DNA of 49,538 bases from Lachnospiraceae bacterium (GTDB taxonomy: Bacteria; Bacillota; Clostridia; Lachnospirales; Lachnospiraceae): positions 1 through 49,538 of the forward strand of contig JAEEKV010000154.1 of NCBI GenBank assembly GCA_016282595.1. The letters are read 5' to 3'. How positions within the stretch are numbered: position 1 is the stretch's first letter; every line of letters starts with the position of its first letter. The translations under genes were made by a program, and so were the position numbers. This document shows positions 1 to 8,100 of the stretch, one piece after another. The notes beneath the pieces are model-generated. The model was given only the letters and a program-made list of their open reading frames with translations, did no database searches and was not told where the DNA came from.

Positions 1-3000
1 GAGGGGCTTATGATGAAACTCCGCATCCAGGATACCCGCTGTTAACGTGTAATTGTTTGCTTCTATGGCCTGCACATCGGAAACCACATCCGTATTAAAG
101 TCATCGTTCCCCAGGGTGATGGAAAAGGTTCCTCCTCTTTGTATAAAGGTATCAGTTCTAAAACCACGGACCAGACTCGGGTGCTGGGAATCATCCTTTG
201 AGATGGCATCGGAGGTGATGTTGATCTCACCGGATTCTACCACCAGCTTCGTAACATCCATTCCGTAAATATATGCTCCCTTATTGGATACATAGGCTTT
301 CACATCCAATTTACCACTGCCCTTAATGGTATAGCCCCCCTGCTCAATGGTGGAATAGTAGGGATTTGTATAGCCGGGATCATAGGCAGTGACGTAGTTT
401 GGGTCTGCCTTGGAGCTTGCCGCGCCGATGAGGGAATTGTAGCCCTCTATATAAATGATGGCATTCTGGGTATATTCCTTGGAAAAGATGGCTGCCGTCA
501 GCTTTTTGTCCTCCTGAGAGGGATTGTATTTGCCGGATTCATAAGCCGTACCCTCTACAACGATATTACTTCTGTCGATGATAACACCGTTTAATGTAAT
601 CTTCGGAACAAAGCCCGTGGTTGCCCCATTACAAATCCGGTCATGAGAAACACTGACATCATCCCGCATGGAAATGGTGATGGGCTTTTCCGAGAGGATG
701 GTCAAAAGGCCTGAGCCGTCGATTTTCTGATCTTCAGCATCGTACTCCTCTGTGTAGGTGTAGTCTGAATCCTCACTTAAAATACCGCCGTCGGTCCTTG
801 ACAGGACAAAATCACCCACCTCATAGGAGATGTTTTCCAAAACCGTAGCCGAAATACTGAGACCGGCGGGACGATAGCTTTCGTCTCCTGCAAATTCCGC
901 GGTAAGGGTATAGCTTCCTACAGGAAGATCCGGGATGCTGATTGTTGTCTCGCCAAATGAATCCGTTTCAATGGTATAACTCTTTTCAGCAAAGGCAGGA
1001 TCCGCATTGGCCCGCAGGGTTACCGTTATCGTTTTGTCGGTTATCGCCAGGCCTGTTTTTGTCTTCAGGGAAAAAGATGCCTGCAGTTCTTCTCCGGATT
1101 TTACGGAAATATCTCTGCTTGCTGCGTCCAGCTTCGAGGACATCCTGCTGCCGCTTTGGAAGACGGCAGAGATCTGCGAATTTGCCGAAACAGCATCAAA
1201 ATCCGCATAGAAGTTTCCTTCCTCTGTTTCGATCCCATCCTTTTGTGTCTCGCCAAGGGAGATGGTGGTAACGGATTTTCCTTCTGCAGGATATACCCAG
1301 ACTCTCACCGGAGATCCGGAGACAAGAGACAGGCTGCCTATGGCAAAGGCGCCGTCAGAACTCTCTCCCGATGTTAGAGTTATCGTGTTGGTTGGGGCTC
1401 CCAAACTGCTTGCTGCAGATGTGGGAAGCCGGTAGCCCATATTGTCTTCATGAGGCTCATGAGAAGTCCCGTTAAAGTCCGTAGCGTTTTTCATAAAATT
1501 CGTAAAGACGGCCGTATCGCCTTGACAATCCCAGGTAGGATCGCAGTAGTAATAAGAGCCGTCTATGGATACAATGACCCAGCCGTGCATACCACCGTTT
1601 TCGCTGCCTACCGGAGTTCCCCAGCCTTCCACATAGCTGGCCGGGATGCCCTGTCTTTGCAGCAGAAGAATATAGGCCTTTGCGAAACCGTCGCAGACCG
1701 CTTTTTTCTCTAAAAAGGCACTGCCTGAGGACTGATCGATAAAGTTAGCATCGTAGCTGACCCAATTTGCCAAGGCCTGATAAAGTACATAGGCCTTCTG
1801 ATAGTCGGTCATGGAAGCGCAAACGCCGGAGGCCCTTTCCACCATGGTTACCGCCTCCTCAAAGGCCTCACTTCTGGATTGGAATTTGGAGGCATTGTAG
1901 CCGTTTTTCAGGATCAGGGTGGCACCCGTAGCGCCGGGTCCGATTCTGTCGATCCAAAGCCACCAATACTCAGGATGATCATATTGCAGGGCAGTGACGA
2001 TGGCCTGAGACTGGCCCATATCAAATCCGTAATTCATGCCGTAGGAAACCGATACACTGCTGCCTGCGCGAAATGCGTCAAGATCCGTTAGGGCCATATC
2101 GTATGCTGCCGCAAAGTCCTGACCATTTTCCTTTTGGGAAATTGCCTTCCTTGCGATCATGCCCTCCAAAAAGGCTGTTGCATCTGCAGTGTAAGCCACC
2201 TTATAAGGGTAAGTTGTTTGAGTTGCTGCGTCCTGATTGGCGGAAAGCTCCACCAGACGGGCTGCGCCCCGGTTTACGGTGCCGGCATAAACAGGATAGC
2301 CATAAACACTTCCGCTGCTGCCGTTGGCAAAGCAGCCCCCTACGATAGTTGCGTTGGTACAGGATATTTCTCTGCCATTAGAGGACTGTTTTGCAGCTTT
2401 GATACAGCCCCCTGCAATATACAGGTTGCGTTTGACATAGATTCCGTATTCTTGGCCGGCTACATCAAGACTTCCGTTTCCATCGATATCCAGGTTCATG
2501 GCACGGATACCCGCTAGGACATCATCCTTTGAGGGGGTGTAGCCGCTGTAAGTACTCTTTACATTGCTGCTTCCGGCACCCACCAGAGTATTCTCACCCT
2601 TCAAAGTAAGGTGCAGATTTCCCGCATACTCCACGCCGCTGTCATAGTGGACCTCAGTTCCCTGGAAATACACGGCATACATGGCGGCCCTTTGCTCGGG
2701 GTAGAGTCCCGTTACCAGATCGACACCCTGATAAAAGATGTTTTCCCCGGAGCGGTCGATGTGAACGCCGTCCAAAGTAATATGTCTGACCTCTTTTGTA
2801 TTGGTGGGAGAGGACACATAAATATAATCCTTGGTAACCGTCTTTCCATCCTTCATGGAGATGGTCACATTCTTATCGGTATTGATGATCAAAAAGCAGC
2901 CTTCGTCCTCAGAAGCCGCTCCGGAGAAGGTTACGTCTCCCTCCCGGCCCCCTTCTACGGTTGCCACCAGGTCGCAGTACTCTACGGAATACGTTGTCTG

Positions 3001-3144
3001 CTCACTAAGGGTCTCCGCTGCCAGGCTTTCCTTCTCGGCGTATGCGGGCTGCGCTGCCAATCCTGCCACCAATGCCATAGACAAAAGCAGCGTCATCCAT
3101 TTGCTGTTTCTTTTGCTTCTTTCTTTTTGGTTCTTCATAGTCAT
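1..3144 (-). CDS. Secreted transglutaminase-like (Cys-His-Asp core) domain protein. Only the N-terminal 1048 codons are present; the ORF runs off the left edge.
   Basis: Absent from the ORF track because there is no stop in the window. My own translation of the minus strand is open from ATG 3144 (GGAGG 5 nt upstream) to base 1. The N-terminus MTMKNQKERSKRNSKWMTLLLSMALVAGLAAQPAYA is a signal peptide. Around 1510-1700 the translation reads KKAVCDGFAKAYILLLQRQGIPASYVEGW..GGMHGWVIVSIDGSYYYCDPTWD, the transglutaminase-core triad pattern. NLDIDGNGSLDV near 2470-2500 is a Ca-binding-loop-like motif. Confidence 0.8.
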   Translation of the reverse strand, partial: MTMKNQKERSKRNSKWMTLLLSMALVAGLAAQPAYAEKESLAAETLSEQTTYSVEYCDLVATVEGGREGDVTFSGAASEDEGCFLIINTDKNVTISMKDGKTVTKDYIYVSSPTNTKEVRHITLDGVHIDRSGENIFYQGVDLVTGLYPEQRAAMYAVYFQGTEVHYDSGVEYAGNLHLTLKGENTLVGAGSSNVKSTYSGYTPSKDDVLAGIRAMNLDIDGNGSLDVAGQEYGIYVKRNLYIAGGCIKAAKQSSNGREISCTNATIVGGCFANGSSGSVYGYPVYAGTVNRGAARLVELSANQDAATQTTYPYKVAYTADATAFLEGMIARKAISQKENGQDFAAAYDMALTDLDAFRAGSSVSVSYGMNYGFDMGQSQAIVTALQYDHPEYWWLWIDRIGPGATGATLILKNGYNASKFQSRSEAFEEAVTMVERASGVCASMTDYQKAYVLYQALANWVSYDANFIDQSSGSAFLEKKAVCDGFAKAYILLLQRQGIPASYVEGWGTPVGSENGGMHGWVIVSIDGSYYYCDPTWDCQGDTAVFTNFMKNATDFNGTSHEPHEDNMGYRLPTSAASSLGAPTNTITLTSGESSDGAFAIGSLSLVSGSPVRVWVYPAEGKSVTTISLGETQKDGIETEEGNFYADFDAVSANSQISAVFQSGSRMSSKLDAASRDISVKSGEELQASFSLKTKTGLAITDKTITVTLRANADPAFAEKSYTIETDSFGETTISIPDLPVGSYTLTAEFAGDESYRPAGLSISATVLENISYEVGDFVLSRTDGGILSEDSDYTYTEEYDAEDQKIDGSGLLTILSEKPITISMRDDVSVSHDRICNGATTGFVPKITLNGVIIDRSNIVVEGTAYESGKYNPSQEDKKLTAAIFSKEYTQNAIIYIEGYNSLIGAASSKADPNYVTAYDPGYTNPYYSTIEQGGYTIKGSGKLDVKAYVSNKGAYIYGMDVTKLVVESGEINITSDAISKDDSQHPSLVRGFRTDTFIQRGGTFSITLGNDDFNTDVVSDVQAIEANNYTLTAGILDAEFHHKPL

Positions 3145-3211
3145 ATCTGCCTCCTTGCATCCATGCTAAAGTAACTCTATTTTATCACTTTTTGCGCAGT
3201 TTTGCACACTT

Positions 3212-4414
3212 TTATCCCATTTCCCGCCCCTTATAATAGGCGTTGACAAGGGATCTGTATCCGAGGTCTTTCAACGTCTCGTATTTGACGTTGAATCTGG
3301 CCTTGGTATGTCTGCCGCTGAGCAGATACCGCAGGCAATCCTGGGCGTACAGGTCGATCTCGTGCAAGCTTTCAGTGGTATTGATCACCGGAAAAAACCA
3401 GTTACTCCAGGAAAGCTCGTTATCCCGGGGGCTCTCCAGAAGTTTTCTGTTGAAAACTCGGATAAAGGCCGCTGCCGCCTTTTCCCTTGAAATATCATTC
3501 CGTTTGCTCCAGCGCATAAGGGCATCCCGCTTTCGCTTCATTTTCTGCTTCAGCTTCTTTACCGTAGCAGGAGCGATATCGATCTTTTCCCTGCTGCAAT
3601 AAATTCCCAAGAAACTAAATCCCTCCCCGGGCTCATAAAAGCATTCCTTCTCCGGATTGATGGACAATCCATACCGATCCAGATGCCGGTGCAGGTATTC
3701 CGCATGCTCACGAACCTTTTTTTCAGAAGGCGCAAACAATATGATATCGTCGGAATATCTGGCGTACAAAACGCCCTGCTTTGTAAAGTGCTCATCCAGA
3801 TCCGCCAAAAACAGGTTGGCAAAAAAGGAGGATTGGGGCGTTCCCGCCATGATGCCCTTTTTCTCTCGCACAATCCCATTCCGGAAGGAAACCCGCTCCT
3901 CTGTCAAAAGCGACTTCAAAAAGGCATAGAGCTTCGGGTCGTCCGAGAGGGCTTCCTGCAGCATGGGCAAAAGCTCTGTAATAGGGATGGAATTAAAATA
4001 ATCGTGAATGTCTGCCTTGTAGGCATACAGACGGAACAGATCTTTTTCCTTTAAAAGGTACCTCACCGCATCCTTGGCGGTCCGGCCGGGTCTGAAAGAA
4101 AACAGGCCCTGCTGAAACAAGCCATCGTATCGCCTCAGCATCAGATAGGTCAAAAGCTTTAAAACCGTACTTTCCGCCTCCGGGTAGGTATAAACCACCC
4201 GCTTTTTCTCCGATCCCATCTTGCTGATCACGGCTTTTTCAGGTAACGCAAACTCCCCGCCCGATTGAATGGTTTCGCAAACGGGGAGGTACTTTTTTTC
4301 CTCAATAAAAAAACGAAGTTCCTTCGTAAACTGCTTCGGGCAAGCCAGGGAGCACTTATAGTCGTAGAACCTGCTCCAGGCAGCCCTGTCATCCAGTCGG
4401 TCCAGTAGAGACAT
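3212..4414 (-). CDS. Free-standing reverse transcriptase (RNA-directed DNA polymerase), 400 aa, catalytic motif YSDD
   Basis: RT motifs occur in order: FSFRPGRTAKDAV, YKADIHDYFNSIP, GIMAGTPQSSFFANLFLADLDEHF, YARYSDDIILF (YSDD = 3746-3757), LSINPEKE, GFSFLGIY. A helical tail of about 120 aa follows. GAGGA lies 7 nt upstream of ATG 4414. There is no endonuclease or other fused domain. Confidence 0.9.
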   Translation of the reverse strand: MSLLDRLDDRAAWSRFYDYKCSLACPKQFTKELRFFIEEKKYLPVCETIQSGGEFALPEKAVISKMGSEKKRVVYTYPEAESTVLKLLTYLMLRRYDGLFQQGLFSFRPGRTAKDAVRYLLKEKDLFRLYAYKADIHDYFNSIPITELLPMLQEALSDDPKLYAFLKSLLTEERVSFRNGIVREKKGIMAGTPQSSFFANLFLADLDEHFTKQGVLYARYSDDIILFAPSEKKVREHAEYLHRHLDRYGLSINPEKECFYEPGEGFSFLGIYCSREKIDIAPATVKKLKQKMKRKRDALMRWSKRNDISREKAAAAFIRVFNRKLLESPRDNELSWSNWFFPVINTTESLHEIDLYAQDCLRYLLSGRHTKARFNVKYETLKDLGYRSLVNAYYKGREMG

Positions 4415-4426
4415 TTTGTATCCTCA

Positions 4427-4572
4427 TAAGAAAGAAACAGAAGGAGAATCCGTTAAATCCCATAAATTATGGGATGTACCAGACCGTACACGAAGATGTT
4501 GCCTGCGAAACATATGATTCTTCGTGCCTGGCCCGCCGCAGGCGCAAATAGCGTTCTCCTTCTGTTTTCTTA
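4427..4572 (-). ncRNA. Candidate structured non-coding RNA (RT-associated template or guide RNA), closed by a 19-bp inverted repeat. Strand is assigned only by co-orientation with the RT.
   Basis: The arm 4554-4567 ttctccttctgttt is the perfect reverse complement of 4435-4448 aaacagaaggagaa. Pairing extends by 5 bp (4568-4572 with 4427-4431) across a 3-nt bulge. The 105-nt interior contains hairpins at 4526-4543, 4489-4526 (7+5 bp) and 4457-4475 (7 bp). The element ends 12 nt before the RT start codon. Confidence 0.5.
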
Positions 4573-4606
4573 CATCTTATTGTGTGCCGGATCCCCCGGC
4601 GAAAAA

Positions 4607-5098
4607 TTACCTGATGGCTTCTTTCATGCGACGAACGACATAGGAACGGGTATTCCACCATCCGTCATGATCATAGTAAAAGCGCAGGTATGGAACGTTT
4701 TCCTTCCACGCAGTATTACGGATCTTCTGGGCGCTGCTGCCTTCATTCATCAGCTCCAGCATCAGAACCTTGGTGCCTCCTGCATAAAAGGTATAAAAGG
4801 TGCGCTGCGTTCCGGCAATGTCTTCCCTATCATATCGGTATTCCGAAAACTCAGTGTCAAAAATGTTCTCAAAATACTGGATATAGGTTCCGCCGAAGTT
4901 GTACTGGTTTTCTTCCTCCGGCATCATCTCTCCCCAGGAATCCCCGGAAGCATAGGATTGCACCGGGTCAGAAGCATAAGAAGCAGCTTCCCGCTTGGCA
5001 GTTTGCTCCTTGGCATTGTCAATCAGACCATTCACCAGATCTCCTACTGCCTGCGAATCCACACCGAGTCCGTCGAGTAATTTGTTAAATAGTCCCAT
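4607..5098 (-). CDS. Hypothetical 163-aa cytosolic protein with no recognised family
   Basis: ORF with AGGGGG 6 nt upstream of the ATG, starting 10 nt after the stop of the upstream surface-protein gene. Amino-acid composition is normal. The N-terminus MGLFNKLLDGLG looks like an amphipathic helix, and the C-terminus is aromatic-rich (YLRFYYDHDGWWNTRSYVV). Confidence 0.65.
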   Translation of the reverse strand: MGLFNKLLDGLGVDSQAVGDLVNGLIDNAKEQTAKREAASYASDPVQSYASGDSWGEMMPEEENQYNFGGTYIQYFENIFDTEFSEYRYDREDIAGTQRTFYTFYAGGTKVLMLELMNEGSSAQKIRNTAWKENVPYLRFYYDHDGWWNTRSYVVRRMKEAIR

Positions 5099-5108
5099 AG
5101 CTTACCCC

Positions 5109-8100
5109 CTATTTTTTAAGTTTTTTATACTTGATCCCCTTCGGGGCGCCTCCTTTCTTGATGGCAGCCTTCAGGGTCTTCAGCTGTTTGGTGGTTGTAT
5201 TCTTCGGATAGTAAATAACCGCTTTCTTATAGATGTTACCAAAGGCCTTCTTGCCGACTTTCTTCTTGGTGAGCTTGGTGCTGTAAATATAAAGCTTTTT
5301 CAGCTTGCTGCAGCCGGAGAATGCATTTTTACCAACCTTACTTACTTTCTTACCGATGGTAAAGGATCCCAGCTTCTTGCAGCCCTGGAACGCACCATCT
5401 CCGATGGCGGTTACTTCGTCGCCCTTGATGGTAATGGTCTTAATATTATTGCAATCCTTGAAAGCGTTCTTTCCGATGGTTTTAACGCTCTCCGGAATGG
5501 TTACTGCGGTAACGGCTGCATTCTTTTCAAAGGCACTGTCTTCGATCTCGGTTACCTTTGCGTCCGCTCCGTTTGCCAGCTTCGTAGTCTCGGGAATATC
5601 CACCTTACCGGAAGCCTTCTCATCACCTGCATAAGCCAGGGTTGCTACTTCTTTTCCGGTCTCGTCCTTCTCAGTTCCGGTTACCACATAGGTAGCTCCT
5701 GTCTGGTCCTGGACCTCTGTTCCTGCCTTGGGAAGTTCAGCTGTCTGGGTTGTTCCGGGCTGGTCCTGTCCGCCCTGCTGGCCACCTTGCTGACCGGGTT
5801 CGGTGGTTGCAGGTTTTGATTCAAGCCTGGCAATCGTTTTCTTTTCCTGATAACCGCATACACTGCAGGTATAAGTCATCTCGCCTTCAGCGGCCTGTGT
5901 TGCCTCCTTAGTCACCTTTCCGTTATCAAAGGTATGCGCTGCCTTGTCCATCACAAAGCCGTCACCGGCGGTACAGAGATGCCAATGGCCGTCTGCATCA
6001 CTCAGCCACTTTGTGGTATCTGCTGTATGGGTATGGGCCGGCGTTGTGCCTGCCTTTGTCCATTTCGCATACAGGGTAAAGTCAGAATCAACCTTGGAAT
6101 CAAAATCATATGCATTTTTCTGATTCCATTTTTCAGTATACCATCCGTCAAAGGTAAAGCTTGCTCTGGTCGGATCTTCCGGCTTTTGTACCTTCTCTCC
6201 TGCGTTCACCGTCTGAGAAGGAACTGCGCTGCCGACTCCGGTATCGAAGGATACGGTATAGGAAAGGAACAACGGACCCGTTGCATCAGCACCGGTGCGG
6301 CCGATCGCAAGCTCTCTACCGCTTTCGCCATCCCAGGCACCTTTTGTGATAGCACAGTCCTTTAGTGTGATCTTAGAGACAGGTATCGTAGTGGCACCTG
6401 TTATGCCAAGGTTAGCGTCCTCTTTGCACCAGGCCTGCAGATTGGAATTTTCAATCGTCATTGTGGATCCGCTGCCGGCTCTGATCATATCTCTCGGATA
6501 GATCTTGCTGTTCTTGATCTTGATCGTTACATCCTTTTCTCCGCAATCAATACAAACCTGTCCACTATCATCGCCGATCTTACTTTGGGTAATGAACAAG
6601 TTGCTGTCGGTTCCGATCACGGTTTGCTCTATGGGATAATTCGGCCCCTGCCAGAATGTATCCCGGTTGATCAATGAATTTTCTATGCTCAGGCCTTTTG
6701 CTGCCTTGAGAGAGGTACCGTCTATCACCGCATTTTTGATCGTCAGAGTTTCAGGAAGATCCGCATACAGCTTCGTGATCGTGGCACCGTCTATCGCAAC
6801 ATCCCCAAGCACAGTGATTGGCAGGCTATATACGTCATTAAAAGGTACTCCTTCAATTTTATAATTTTCTGCCAGTACGGTTCGTTTCAGGCTTCCCTCA
6901 CCGCAGATCGTAAGATCTCCATATGCCCTGATGGCATCCTCAACGTAGTAATTGTTCCCATCTGCCCTAATCTCGTTCTCTCCCACCAGCACGATTTTCA
7001 GATCAGGAAGACAACTGATAATGGATGCCCTTTTATACTGCTCGTAATTATCCGGATCTTCAGAGATATGAATCTTAGCCGAATGCAATGCGGTATTGCC
7101 CGAAACTGATGCATGATCCAATGTCAGCGTATTGGTTTGAGGATCAAAGGTAGCTGTTCCCTCTCCACACTGAACTGACAGGTTATCATCGGAAATCACC
7201 TGATCCCCGACAGTAAGCGGATATCTGTGATCTGTAGGATCGGTATTAAACAGGTAAGCATAATCCGGGAAGTAATTCTTATAGTACTCTAACTGACCCT
7301 CCGGCACATTGATCGTAAGATCAATATCACATCCGATGAACTGAGATCCGCCTACTGCAAGACTATGAGAATAATGAATCCCGCTTCCTGTTGTATTCAA
7401 ATTGATTGTCTTTAATTTACTACAGTTCCTGAAGGTGTAGTAGCCGTTAACCGCGGTTCCCGTGAAGGTAACTTCCTCCAGCTGCGTGCAGTTTGCAAAA
7501 ACGCCTTCGGCGGAAATATAGTTGGGATTTTCATCCTTATATCCCGTTTTGATAGTTTTTACCTTTCCGGGAAGAGATGTATCTTCCGCCCTGGCCTTTG
7601 CCCACTTTTCAACGCCTTTGTTATTCAAAAGCCAAAGCGTACCATCGTCCGTCAGCTCCCACTCATTCTTTTCCAGATTTTCCTTTGTATCGCTTGCCCA
7701 CTTGGCATAGAGATTATGGATCATGCCTGTAGAATTCGTTGCAAAGAAATAATCATATACATCTTTTCCATTTTCTTTTGTTATAAAGCTGCCGTAAAGC
7801 GCACTTTTCTTATAGCACCAGCCAAGGAAGGTATCACCATCCTTTTTTGTGGGAATAACAGAGTTAAGATCAAAGGTGTAGGACGGATCATCTTTCGTTC
7901 CCACATTCTTTGCTTCCAGCATCCATTTATCGCGGCCATTTATCGATCCGCCATTGGTATGAAAGATCACAGTATGACCGTTGCCAAAGATCGGCTGCAT
8001 CGTTATATGTCCGGTTTTATTAACGGTCTGGTTGGAACAAACTCCCTCCGCATCCGCATCATAAACTACTGTCACATTTGTATAATTGGTCTCTTTCGAG

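Noticed and set aside
4467-4553. Small peptide ORF inside the structured element (AAGGAGAA + 6 nt + TTG, 26 codons: MRLRRARHEESYVSQATSSCTVWYIP)
   Set aside because: The putative RBS is the 5' arm of the 19-bp closing helix and would be sequestered. The start codon is non-ATG and the ORF runs through all the hairpins. The RNA-structure explanation is more economical. This is not excluded, only deprioritised.
3145-4606. Group II intron interpretation of the RT
   Set aside because: Only about 190 nt lie upstream and 67 nt downstream of the ORF, so there is no room for intron domains I-III and V-VI. I saw no domain V-like hairpin and no En/HNH domain. The flanks are intact neighbouring genes rather than a split host gene.
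5700-5800. LPKAG in the LRR protein linker as a sortase sorting signal
   Set aside because: It is followed by about 200 more residues of folded LRR domain rather than by a hydrophobic segment and positive tail.
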